A stretch of DNA of 64,000 nucleotides from an uncultured SAR86 cluster bacterium. Lineage in GTDB: Bacteria; Pseudomonadota; Gammaproteobacteria; Magnimaribacterales; D2472. Under the pieces are notes generated by a model. It searched no databases, was not told the DNA's origin, and was given only the letters and a program-made list of their open reading frames with translations. Where the stretch lies: positions 6,787 through 70,786 of the forward strand of contig CACOWI010000007.1 in the NCBI GenBank assembly GCA_902630885.1, written 5' to 3'. Position 1 is the stretch's first letter, and each line of letters begins with the position of its first letter. The position numbers were made by a program, and so were the translations under genes. Below are positions 19,168 through 28,910 of this stretch, in pieces.

Positions 19168-20751
19168 TTAGTTATCAAGTTGAAGCGTTTTTTTAAGATC
19201 TCCAAGCCAAGGCTCAAAGTTATTCCACTGTCCAATCCCTTTTTTGTAAATAGGCTGTCGAACCTGTTCAGAACTCGGCGTTCTTACTGTTCTTTTAGTT
19301 TTATAAAAATTCAAACAGCTTTCCTCAAATTCTAAATCGCAATATTTTAATAATTGTCTAATTTGTTTCTCAGTATCCTCGATCATATTTTCATATAAAA
19401 CTCTGTGTACCTTTCCCGGAAGTACTTTATCCCAATGCTCCATTATTTTAAGGTAATCTAAATAATAATTACCTATTCTGTTTTGTGAATAGGTAAATCC
19501 CTGACCTGAGCCAAATAGTTGTTTATAGCAACTAAAACAACAGTCCATTGGATTTCTTCTTGCATCAATTATTTTTGCATTTGGAAGAATTAAATTAATT
19601 AATCCTATATGAACAAAATTATTGGGCATTTTGTCTATGAAGTAAGGTTTGTCTGTAACTCTTTGATCCAAAGTGTTTTGTATGTATGCTTCGCCCATTT
19701 TTTTAAATTCGTCTTTTTTAATTTGAGATAATGCTGAAGGATACTCAGACTTACTTTTTGTATCTTTTTTATTTGCTATTTTTCTTGATAAAGCAATAAT
19801 ATTTTGCAGTTCAGTTGTTCCTTCAACCAATGAGTGTGATGAGAGGATTTGCTCAATAAGGGTCGATCCTGATCTTGGTAGGCCAACTATAAATATTGGA
19901 TCTGAGTTTTGATCGCCCACACCTTCATATTGTTCAAAAAATTCTTTGGTAAAAAAACTTATTAGTTCATCACACTCATAGCTAAATTTCTTTGAATCCC
20001 ATGGAACCTGTTTACTCTTGAGTGTATTTCCTTTTATGTATGCAGCTATAGAGTTTTTATAATTTTTGTTATCTTCTTCTGCCTTGCCTAATGCAAATAA
20101 TAGATGAAAATAATCATCCATTTTAGTATCTTTACTACTTAAAAGTTCTTTGAGATCTTCGATATCATTAGTTGTGAATTGGTAAGTCTTTAAATTTGCT
20201 AGGCTCCAATACGCCTCTCCAAAACCAGTTTTAGTTGTAATTGCATTTTTATAAGCTTGAATCGATTCATCAAGTCTTCCTATTGCTCTTAATGTATGAC
20301 CATAACTTAAATACAGTTGATTATTTTCAATCTTTTTATTGTTAATAATAATTTCAAAAATTTTAATAGCTTCATCATGTTGATTAGCTAGTGCTAAATT
20401 TACAGCTTTTAAAGTAAGGTACTGAGGGTTATTTTTATCCTTTTCTAATAATATTTGTATTTGTTCTAAAGCCTCATAAGGTAATTGTCTTTTATAGAGT
20501 AAATTAGCGTAACTCAGTCTTGCTTCATCATAATCTGGTGACAAATCTAAAGCTCTAACTAATAAATATCCAGCATCTTTGTATGCTCTAAATTTAACCC
20601 CAATGTCACCAAGCAACTTCATCGCATTGACATCCAATGGATATTCTTTAAGGTAATTTCTTAAAATAGGTTCAGCTTTTTTTAATTTATTCTCAGCAAT
20701 TAATCTCGCAGCATCAAGCAATTCTTCAGGTATGTTATTTTTTGTATACAC
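19168..20751 (-). CDS. TPR-repeat sulfotransferase, second paralog
   Basis: 'IFIVGLPRSGSTLIEQIL', 'DKMPNNF', 'RRNPMDCCFS', 'TPSSEQVRQPI'; TPR N-terminus; GTG start. Confidence 0.9.
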   Translation of the reverse strand: MYTKNNIPEELLDAARLIAENKLKKAEPILRNYLKEYPLDVNAMKLLGDIGVKFRAYKDAGYLLVRALDLSPDYDEARLSYANLLYKRQLPYEALEQIQILLEKDKNNPQYLTLKAVNLALANQHDEAIKIFEIIINNKKIENNQLYLSYGHTLRAIGRLDESIQAYKNAITTKTGFGEAYWSLANLKTYQFTTNDIEDLKELLSSKDTKMDDYFHLLFALGKAEEDNKNYKNSIAAYIKGNTLKSKQVPWDSKKFSYECDELISFFTKEFFEQYEGVGDQNSDPIFIVGLPRSGSTLIEQILSSHSLVEGTTELQNIIALSRKIANKKDTKSKSEYPSALSQIKKDEFKKMGEAYIQNTLDQRVTDKPYFIDKMPNNFVHIGLINLILPNAKIIDARRNPMDCCFSCYKQLFGSGQGFTYSQNRIGNYYLDYLKIMEHWDKVLPGKVHRVLYENMIEDTEKQIRQLLKYCDLEFEESCLNFYKTKRTVRTPSSEQVRQPIYKKGIGQWNNFEPWLGDLKKTLQLDN

Positions 20752-20766
20752 TCAATTTCAATAAAA

Positions 20767-20791
20767 AAGGCTGTATCAAGGATACAGCCTT
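20767..20791 (-). terminator. Rho-independent terminator after second TBDR
   Basis: AAGGCTGTATC-AAG-GATACAGCCTT, followed on the minus strand by a T tract. Confidence 0.85.
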
Positions 20792-20810
20792 ATTTAAGTT
20801 TTTTTAATAT

Positions 20811-23066
20811 TTAATTCATCTTCCAACTGTATTTAATACCAAATGTTCTTGGTCTATTTACAGTAGTTAGTCTTTGAATATCTTCACTATTTATGTATAA
20901 CTCTGCAACTTCATCAAATACATTATCAAAATATAGTTGTAATGAAACTTGATCGTTTACATCCATAGTATACGAAAGATTTCCGATACCATATGAATCT
21001 TGAAATTCTCTATCATCAAAGAATAGATCATTGTACATACCTGCAACAAAAGCATAATTAAAATCAATTCTTGAATTATCAGATATTTCTGCGGTAAGTC
21101 CTATATTGCCCTTTGTGTCAGGAGTAAAAGGCAGATCTTGATCTTTTCTAGCCTCAATGTTACCTCTCAAAACATAATCTTCAGTAAGGACTGCATCATT
21201 TTTTGCAAATGCAAAAGTTGCTGAAAGCCTATCATTTAAAATAATTTGAGAATCTATTTCAAAACCCATACTTTGTGCCGCGCCTATATTATCAACAAGG
21301 CCAAGTAAAGAAATACTTGAATCAAACCATCCAAGCTGGATATCATCCCATTCCATAGTATAGGCTGCTCCATTTAACCTCATCCTTCCATCCATAAGAA
21401 TAGTTTTAAAACCAAATTCATAGTTCGTTAGGAAGTCAGCATCATATGTAGCGCCAAGCTGAGTAGTTCTGTTTGTACCACCCGGTCTGTAGCCTTCTGA
21501 TACAGTGGCGTAAACCATAGCATTTTCAGTTGCTTGGTATGAAATATTAAATTTAGAAATACTATCACTACCATCAAATTTGGAATTTACATTATCAGGT
21601 CTTGTAGTACTTCCATAAATAGAATTCGGCCACCATATTGTTCCAACAAATCCCTTTAGGGTTGTTTCGTTGTCAAAACTTCTATGTCCTAATGTAATTT
21701 CGGTTTTATCATTAAGCTGAATATAAACCTCTCCAAAAATAGCTGATTCTTCTTCATATCTAACTTGGTCAGTTTGATAATATAAATCCTTTGAGCCTGG
21801 TACAGCTGCATCTGGATTAATTTGAGGAACATGCCACTGAGCATCATAAGCTGTTTCATTTTCAGTCATGAAAGCACCGACTATCCAATTGAACATTCCA
21901 TCAGACTTTGAAGCAAGTCTTATTTCAGTCGTATCGTATTCCTGATGTGTATCATTTTCGAATTGGATTCTTGGATCTACACAAGGTCCAAAATAATATG
22001 AATAACAGGTGTAATAAGCTTCAACATATCCATCAATTGAATAGTGAGAGTAATCACTTAATACTTCGAAATCTCTTTCAAGACTAGAAGTTGTAAATGT
22101 GAGGTCAGCAAAACCTAAATCACCAGTGACAGATAATGAAAATCTGTCCCACTCATCATGAGTAGTATCATCATAAAATCTGCCAACTTTATATTTTCCA
22201 AGTTTATCAGGATTATGATCCCAGACACCATCAGTTTCAGTATCTTGGCCCATATAATTTACATCAATCTGCCAATTATCATTTAAATCAACCCTTAATG
22301 CAGCTCTATATCCTTCTTTAACAGCATCATTAAAGTTATCTTCAACAAAAACCTCATTTGTTCGAGTGATTCCACTATATGGAAAAGTAATTGAATCAAG
22401 AACTGAATCAATATAACCACCATCTTCGTCACTAAATCCAACGAATCTCAAAGCCATATTATTTGATAAAGGTATATTTACAAAACCTTCAACCATTGTG
22501 CTGTCATCACCACCAGAAGTAAATTCAGAGCTTAAGTTTGCACCTGCATCAAATTCACTTGATGGTTTGTTTGTAATTATCTTTAGGTTACCCGCTTGAG
22601 ATGCTGCACCATATAAAGTTCCTTGAGGTCCAGATAAAGCCTCAACTCTCTCAATGTCATAAACATGAACATCAAGGTTATCACCAATCATTGTTACTGG
22701 AGATTCATCCAGATAAATAGCAACAGCCGGCCCTTGAAGTGATTGATTAGAGTTACCTCCATCCGATATACCTCTCATGAAGATTTGACCTTGCCCAGGT
22801 CTTCTTTGTGTTGCTGATGCAGACGGTAATTGAAGAACGTAATCTGCAAAGTCTTTTATGTTTAAGTTATCTAACTCAGTTGCAGAAAGTGTTGAAACAC
22901 TAATGGGCACATTTTGAAGATTCTCTGATTTTTTTTGTGCTGTAACTACTATTTCTTCAACGGTTGCATCTTGAGAGAGAACATCCGATGCCATAAAAAT
23001 AGAAGAAGCAAAAACTGTCGCTTTTGTAACTGCTTTATGGACTTTTTCGAAATGAAATATATTCAT
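20811..23066 (-). CDS. TonB-dependent receptor
   Basis: 'VEEIVVTAQK', 'RVEALSGPQGTLYG', C-terminal 'RPRTFGIKYSW'. Confidence 0.93.
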   Translation of the reverse strand: MNIFHFEKVHKAVTKATVFASSIFMASDVLSQDATVEEIVVTAQKKSENLQNVPISVSTLSATELDNLNIKDFADYVLQLPSASATQRRPGQGQIFMRGISDGGNSNQSLQGPAVAIYLDESPVTMIGDNLDVHVYDIERVEALSGPQGTLYGAASQAGNLKIITNKPSSEFDAGANLSSEFTSGGDDSTMVEGFVNIPLSNNMALRFVGFSDEDGGYIDSVLDSITFPYSGITRTNEVFVEDNFNDAVKEGYRAALRVDLNDNWQIDVNYMGQDTETDGVWDHNPDKLGKYKVGRFYDDTTHDEWDRFSLSVTGDLGFADLTFTTSSLERDFEVLSDYSHYSIDGYVEAYYTCYSYYFGPCVDPRIQFENDTHQEYDTTEIRLASKSDGMFNWIVGAFMTENETAYDAQWHVPQINPDAAVPGSKDLYYQTDQVRYEEESAIFGEVYIQLNDKTEITLGHRSFDNETTLKGFVGTIWWPNSIYGSTTRPDNVNSKFDGSDSISKFNISYQATENAMVYATVSEGYRPGGTNRTTQLGATYDADFLTNYEFGFKTILMDGRMRLNGAAYTMEWDDIQLGWFDSSISLLGLVDNIGAAQSMGFEIDSQIILNDRLSATFAFAKNDAVLTEDYVLRGNIEARKDQDLPFTPDTKGNIGLTAEISDNSRIDFNYAFVAGMYNDLFFDDREFQDSYGIGNLSYTMDVNDQVSLQLYFDNVFDEVAELYINSEDIQRLTTVNRPRTFGIKYSWKMN

Positions 23067-23164
23067 ATTACCCCCTAAAGTAATAAATAAATTTAAATAA
23101 AATATACATTAATTTTAAAATATAGTAAATTTTTATTACACATATTTTTTATAAAAGGTTACAT

Positions 23165-24859
23165 ATGAAAAACTTAAAAGATTTAACTTTAATACCAATT
23201 TTATTGATACTAGTCGCATCATGTTCTAAAAGTGAATTTTCTTTTTTACCGCTTCAAACGCAATGGATTGTTGATGAAACAGAAGCAACAAGATGGTCAA
23301 TGGTAAAACATAATAACCTTCCCACATTGACTGGCTCAAAAGAATGGAAAAACTATATGAGTTTTTTAGAAAATGAATTTAAAAGGTACGGCGTTGTTGA
23401 TTTGCATAAAAATACTTGGGAGTTTGATAAATGGACTATCTCTGAAGATCCTAGCAATTGGACCCTTAAAGTTGAAGGAATTGATGTAAGGGTTGCATAT
23501 TATGGCGCTTATTCTGGTAAAACAGATCTTAATGGTGTCACTGCTGAAATGGTCTATTATGATCATAATAATCCACCTAGTGATATTAAAGATAAAATTG
23601 TAGTAATACCGACTAGAAAGCATCCAAGTAAGCCTTTTAGCACAAATTATTTAACTAATTACACCTACAACGAATATGAACATGTCATTGACGGTGATAC
23701 TCTTCCAGCACCATTTGAATTTGTAGATCCTGAAGTATCTTTCACATTTGATATTTGGTATCAACTGGCACAAAGACTTGACCAAATTCCGGAAGATGGT
23801 GAAGCTGCTGGTGCTGTGATTGTTTATGATATGGCATACGATAGAACAAAAGGTCTATATACTTTTCCAGTTCCGGATCATTATGAGTCGCCTACCTTGA
23901 TACTCTCCAGAGAAGATGGTGCAGGTGTTATTAAAGCTGCAAAAGCAAGCAAGGAAGCAACAATTGTTTTAAAAAGCAAAATAGAGAAATCTGAAGCATA
24001 TCAATTAATAGGATATCTGCCAGGTAGGCATTATGGAACTGATAAAGATGAACAGATTATTTTGACTAACCATACAGATGGACCATCTATTACTCAAGAT
24101 AACGGTGCTTTAGGTATATTAGGCATCATTAAATATTTCTCTAACATTCCTCAAGAAAAAAGAGATAGAACTCTGCTCATTTATCTTGACTGCAGGCATT
24201 ATATGCCTGGCATGGAACAAGCCCACAAAGATGTTTCATGGCTTAAAAAAAATCCCAACTTAAAAGATAAGGTTGTTGGTTTAATTCAAACAGAGCATTT
24301 AGGAGAAATGGATTTCAAAGAGGTAAACGGAGAAGTACTTCCAACAGGTTATGCAGAACAATCTTACTTATGGACAAGAAATAATGACTATCTTATTGAA
24401 TCTGCAAAGAATGCTCTAGATAGATATGGTTGGCCAAGAGGAATGCTTTCAGTTCCTGAAAGACCAGGTCCGAATGGTGATATTCAACAAGTCTGGTGGG
24501 GAGTTGGTATTATCGCATTAGCTAATGAACTCAGAGACAGTGAAGATTGTGATGAATATTCATGCAATGAAAATGGATTACAAACACCGGATGCTTGGGA
24601 TGGTTCAAGCTGTGAGGTTTGGACATGTTTTAATGTTCCTGCATATGGGCAAGGTGGTTTTTTAGGATATTACTGGAATAAATACTCAGATATAACTAAA
24701 TGGAACTCAGAATTATTTGTTCAACAAACCTCTACTATGATAGATCTCACGGGCATATTAATGTACAGCGATTTAGAAAAAATTAAGCCTATTCTTGGTG
24801 ATCAAAGTTTTAGAAATACAGACATGAGTATTGCAGCACCAATTGATATTGACGAATAA
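23165..24859 (+). CDS. Lipoprotein, PA-domain / M28 peptidase-like
   Basis: Lipobox 'LVASC'; 'ILTNHTDG', 'QDNGALG', 'TEHLG' resemble M28 metal ligands. Confidence 0.6.
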   Translation: MKNLKDLTLIPILLILVASCSKSEFSFLPLQTQWIVDETEATRWSMVKHNNLPTLTGSKEWKNYMSFLENEFKRYGVVDLHKNTWEFDKWTISEDPSNWTLKVEGIDVRVAYYGAYSGKTDLNGVTAEMVYYDHNNPPSDIKDKIVVIPTRKHPSKPFSTNYLTNYTYNEYEHVIDGDTLPAPFEFVDPEVSFTFDIWYQLAQRLDQIPEDGEAAGAVIVYDMAYDRTKGLYTFPVPDHYESPTLILSREDGAGVIKAAKASKEATIVLKSKIEKSEAYQLIGYLPGRHYGTDKDEQIILTNHTDGPSITQDNGALGILGIIKYFSNIPQEKRDRTLLIYLDCRHYMPGMEQAHKDVSWLKKNPNLKDKVVGLIQTEHLGEMDFKEVNGEVLPTGYAEQSYLWTRNNDYLIESAKNALDRYGWPRGMLSVPERPGPNGDIQQVWWGVGIIALANELRDSEDCDEYSCNENGLQTPDAWDGSSCEVWTCFNVPAYGQGGFLGYYWNKYSDITKWNSELFVQQTSTMIDLTGILMYSDLEKIKPILGDQSFRNTDMSIAAPIDIDE

Positions 24860-24860
24860 C

Positions 24861-25544
24861 TTATTTCACCATGAAATTATTATGAAATTTTAATAACTTC
24901 TTTTTCCATATATTCGTATAGTGTTTAAATTCGTAATCCTTTATTAAAAATTTTTTAAATATTAAATCTCTATCGATCATTAATATTACAACTTGAGAAA
25001 TATCGGTATTAAACATAATGTTGTGAGCATTCGCGTAAGCACAACCTTGTAAGAAATAATCTTCTATCCATTCTTTTTTTTTAATTCTTTTTGATGTTTT
25101 GAAATCAATTATTGTATCTTTTCCATCAATGACACCAACACAGTCAGCAGTTCCGGCATAAAGTTTATTTAAAACTAAATGAACTTCCAGCCCATGAACT
25201 TCTGATATGTCCTGAAGAGCATCATCAATTAATTTTTGCGACATTCTTTTTGCCATATTTCCTAAGCTATCGTTAGTAAAAACATTTTTATCAATACCAT
25301 TTAAATGATTTTCTAATGAAAGATGAACCATGCTACCAATATCTGTTGCTTCGTTCATGACTCTATCTGCTTCAATATCACCGACTCTATTTCTCCATTC
25401 TTTTAAAGATGCTTTCTTATCGGACATATTATCTAAAACAGTAGTAACACTTGGTACTTCATTGTTATCAGAATCTATATAAAATCTGCCAAGTGAATTA
25501 TCAATTCTTTGAAGCTCTGGATATTGATATTTATTTGTTATCAT
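24861..25544 (-). CDS. PD-(D/E)XK exonuclease (phage-exonuclease / MGME1-like)
   Basis: 'PSVTTVL', 'GSMVH', 'YAGTAD', 'IDFKTS', 'LQ..AY'. Confidence 0.8.
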   Translation of the reverse strand: MITNKYQYPELQRIDNSLGRFYIDSDNNEVPSVTTVLDNMSDKKASLKEWRNRVGDIEADRVMNEATDIGSMVHLSLENHLNGIDKNVFTNDSLGNMAKRMSQKLIDDALQDISEVHGLEVHLVLNKLYAGTADCVGVIDGKDTIIDFKTSKRIKKKEWIEDYFLQGCAYANAHNIMFNTDISQVVILMIDRDLIFKKFLIKDYEFKHYTNIWKKKLLKFHNNFMVK

Positions 25545-25564
25545 TATGAATATTCTTATTAAGT

Positions 25565-27040
25565 ATGATTAATATAAAATTAAATCCTCTTTGGAGCAAA
25601 ACAGTTTTAGTAATTACATTCAGTTTTTTGCTACTTCTGTCTTCTTATGTTCTTATTGATCCAGAAGGTAGTGCAAAAAATTTACTTAATATCTATAACT
25701 TTTTTGCAATAAATTTTGAATCATTTTTTTTGTATTTTGGATTTGGTGTATTAGTTTTCTTAATAATTGTAGCTATATCAAAAAGTGGCTCAAAAAAGAT
25801 TTTACTTCAGGGAAGAACAACTTATTCATATTTTTCATGGTGTTCAATGCTTTTTGCAACTGGCATGGGAGCAGCTCTTCTATATTGGTCAACTTATGAG
25901 TGGCTTGTTTATTATACAAATCCTATTACAGGCGAAGAGCAATCTTTGCTAAAGGCAAGATCATATCCATTATTCCATTGGACTTTTACAGGTTGGGCGC
26001 TATACATTCTGCCAACAGTATCGTTTGTTTTTTCTCTTATGAAAAATCCAAATACACCGCTTACTTTTTCAGGCATTCTTTTAAAGGAACAGTCTGGACC
26101 TTTAAGAATAATATTAGATATCTTTTTTATTGGCGCGATATTAACTGGTGCTGGAGTTGGTCTTGCACTCTCTTTTCCTCTCATGTCAGCTGCTGTATCA
26201 AAATTATTTAATTTAAACCAAACAATTTTTTTAGATTTTTTGATGTTATTAATATGTATGTTTATTGTTGCTATCAGCGTCTATAAGGGTCTTCAAAATG
26301 GTATTAGAAAACTTAGTAATTTTAATATCATCCTCGTAATTGTATTTTTAACGTTAATCTTATTGACTGGTCCAACTAAATATATTGTTATTAACACAAT
26401 TGAACCATTTGCATATATTATAAAAAATTACTTGTCACTAAGTTTATTAAAATCACAATACTCTCTCGACTGGACTGTATTTTACTGGGCATGGTACATA
26501 GCTCTCGCTCCAGCAGTGGGAGCTTTTATTGTAAATATTTCTAACAATAAAACTGTGCGAGAGTTAATATTTGGTGCTTTGATTGTTGGTTCACTTGGCA
26601 GTATATTTCATATAGGAGTTCTATCGAACATTTCAATTTTCTTTTATGAAAATGGTATCTTGGATGCACCAAAAATATATTTAGATCAATCATTGACATC
26701 ACATGCCTTGGTTATTGAAACAATCTCTTCTTTGAACTTTGGAACATTATTTTTAATTTTGTTTACTGTTATTGCTGTTGTATTTTTATGTACTACTTAT
26801 GATTCCTTGTCATATATTTTAGCAACTGCCTCAATGAAAAATTTCAAAGATACGCCGTCTAGAAGTTTAAGAGTATTTTTTGCAATCATAATTATGGTTC
26901 AACCTGCACTCATTATGTTCTTGGGTGGTAAAGACTCATTTATGTGGCTTTTAGTAGTAATATCTGTACCATTAATGATTATTTATCTATTTCTAATATT
27001 ATCTATTATCAAAAATGCAATTAAATTTAAAAAATCATAG
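25565..27040 (+). CDS. BCCT family transporter (divergent)
   Basis: 'WCSMLFATGMG', 'FHWTFTGWALY', 'WTVFYWAWY', 'TTYDS'. Confidence 0.88.
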   Translation: MINIKLNPLWSKTVLVITFSFLLLLSSYVLIDPEGSAKNLLNIYNFFAINFESFFLYFGFGVLVFLIIVAISKSGSKKILLQGRTTYSYFSWCSMLFATGMGAALLYWSTYEWLVYYTNPITGEEQSLLKARSYPLFHWTFTGWALYILPTVSFVFSLMKNPNTPLTFSGILLKEQSGPLRIILDIFFIGAILTGAGVGLALSFPLMSAAVSKLFNLNQTIFLDFLMLLICMFIVAISVYKGLQNGIRKLSNFNIILVIVFLTLILLTGPTKYIVINTIEPFAYIIKNYLSLSLLKSQYSLDWTVFYWAWYIALAPAVGAFIVNISNNKTVRELIFGALIVGSLGSIFHIGVLSNISIFFYENGILDAPKIYLDQSLTSHALVIETISSLNFGTLFLILFTVIAVVFLCTTYDSLSYILATASMKNFKDTPSRSLRVFFAIIIMVQPALIMFLGGKDSFMWLLVVISVPLMIIYLFLILSIIKNAIKFKKS

Positions 27041-27893
27041 AGCAAATATTTTTGAGAAAAATCCTTTTGATGTGAACAAAACATCAATTATCTTTGTGCC
27101 TGGAGCAGGAATGGATCATCGAATAATTTCAATGTTCAATCTAGAGGATTTATATGATGAATTTAATATTCTTGGTATAGACTTACCTGGCCATGGATAT
27201 ACTTCAGGTCCCATAGTTGATTCTATTAGAGATCATACAAATTTTTGTATCGATGTTTTCAATGAAATTGGAATTAGTAAACCAATTGTGATTGGTCACA
27301 GTTGGGGAGGATTAGTTGCATTAGATCTAGCATCAGAGTTCGAGAATGAAATGACCATATGCATGAATATTGCTTATCCATTCCTTGTGGGTGATATGTT
27401 ACTTGATTTTGCTAAAGGTAATTTAGATCAAGCTGTTGAATTTTTGATGAAATACGGAATTTATAAATTTCCAAAAACAGAAATTAAAACAAAAGGATTT
27501 GGAACAATGGGATCCGGATTTTATGGAAGATCGAAAGGCCAAATTAAATCACCATATGGCACAAAAGTTGTAGAAGACGATCCAGAAAGAGAAATAAAAC
27601 TATATCCACTAAAGAGATTATTTAATCAATCAGAAAAGGAAATAAGTTCAATCGACCTAAAATCTTGTAATATTTTTAGGTTAACAGATGATCAAATTTC
27701 AAAACTAGAAAATATTAAATATATATTTAGCGAAAAAGATAAGTTAGCAAGATTTAATCCTGAAAATATTCTCCTAAAGGATGTAGATCATGAAAAAGAT
27801 GTAGTAATTCTAAAAGATGTGGGTCATTTTCCTTACTTCGAAGATCCTGATCTAATATCAAAAGAATTAGTTAGAATTATCAAAGGAGAATAA
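27015..27893 (+). CDS. alpha/beta hydrolase
   Basis: 'DLPGHG', GHSWGG, 'VGHFPYFEDP'. Confidence 0.85.
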   Translation: MQLNLKNHRANIFEKNPFDVNKTSIIFVPGAGMDHRIISMFNLEDLYDEFNILGIDLPGHGYTSGPIVDSIRDHTNFCIDVFNEIGISKPIVIGHSWGGLVALDLASEFENEMTICMNIAYPFLVGDMLLDFAKGNLDQAVEFLMKYGIYKFPKTEIKTKGFGTMGSGFYGRSKGQIKSPYGTKVVEDDPEREIKLYPLKRLFNQSEKEISSIDLKSCNIFRLTDDQISKLENIKYIFSEKDKLARFNPENILLKDVDHEKDVVILKDVGHFPYFEDPDLISKELVRIIKGE

Positions 27894-28910
27894 TTTTTTA
27901 ATAATATATTCACTGCCCCATCTATCATTTGATCTGTAACATTTTGCAGCATTCAAATCACTTTGAATATCTCCAACACATGTTCCAAAATTTGTATATG
28001 AACTTATCCCAGTATCTTTATCATATCCAGCTTCTGGCCACATATGATCAGAGTTTAAATTCAAAATAGACATAATTTTAATGCCGCCTGAACATCCTGA
28101 ATAAACTATTTCCTTAAATTCTTCATAATGTTTGTAGAAAATTTCTTTTGAATTTTGACAATTAAACTTATTTTTCCATTTATCAATAAAAACAGATTGA
28201 CTTTCATAAAAAAGTCCATCGGATGATATTTTTTTGACTGGAGGAATGGTTGTATCATTTAATGAAGCGTATGAAATAAAATTTACAGGTATGTCTGGTG
28301 TACATGCAAAACCATATCTTGGTAGACCATTTACACTGATTGCTGCTTTGATTGATTCTGGATACATACATGCATATGAATTAACAAACATTCCACCAGA
28401 ACTATTTCCTATCAAATAAACATCTTTTACGTTATATTCATTTTGTAATTTTTCAATTAAATTTTTAATAAATTTAGTGTCATCAACGCACGGAGCCCAA
28501 CCACATCTACCTCGGTCACATTCTGGAAACTTTGGATATATGATTCTTTTATCATCAGCTAGACAATTATTTGATATTTCATTATGAGAGGTAGGTCTAA
28601 CGATGTCATTGAATGTTGTTACTAAAGTATTTTCTTGATCATAAAAATATGTGGATTCAGGATAAACTGCGATAAAATTATACTTATCTGCCAATTTATT
28701 AAATCCTCCAGATACCTCACTCTCAAAACCTGATGCAGTACCTCCATATCCATGAATTCCAAATACTATTTTTGTTTTAGTATCATTATTATAGGAATTT
28801 GGAACATAAATAAGATAATGTCTTAACATTCCATCTTCATAGATATATATCTTCTCCATATCAGCTGATAACAGATGGTTAATGAAAAATAATAAAAAAA
28901 TATATTTCAT
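27867..28910 (-). CDS. Exported esterase, PHB-depolymerase/LpqC-like
   Basis: Signal peptide; 'HGYGG', 'VDD..FI', GNSSGG, 'HMWP'; several Cys. Confidence 0.75.
   Translation of the reverse strand: MKYIFLLFFINHLLSADMEKIYIYEDGMLRHYLIYVPNSYNNDTKTKIVFGIHGYGGTASGFESEVSGGFNKLADKYNFIAVYPESTYFYDQENTLVTTFNDIVRPTSHNEISNNCLADDKRIIYPKFPECDRGRCGWAPCVDDTKFIKNLIEKLQNEYNVKDVYLIGNSSGGMFVNSYACMYPESIKAAISVNGLPRYGFACTPDIPVNFISYASLNDTTIPPVKKISSDGLFYESQSVFIDKWKNKFNCQNSKEIFYKHYEEFKEIVYSGCSGGIKIMSILNLNSDHMWPEAGYDKDTGISSYTNFGTCVGDIQSDLNAAKCYRSNDRWGSEYIIKKLFSFDNSN

Noticed and set aside
23067-23164. AT-rich inverted repeats in the TBDR2/lipoprotein intergenic region (Fur box or riboswitch)
   Set aside because: They are indistinguishable from low-complexity background; no cobalamin/TPP riboswitch core or convincing Fur consensus is present.
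24861-25544. Cas4 / CRISPR or prophage assignment
   Set aside because: It lacks the four-Cys Fe-S pattern. No repeat-spacer array, cas genes or phage structural genes were seen in the window.
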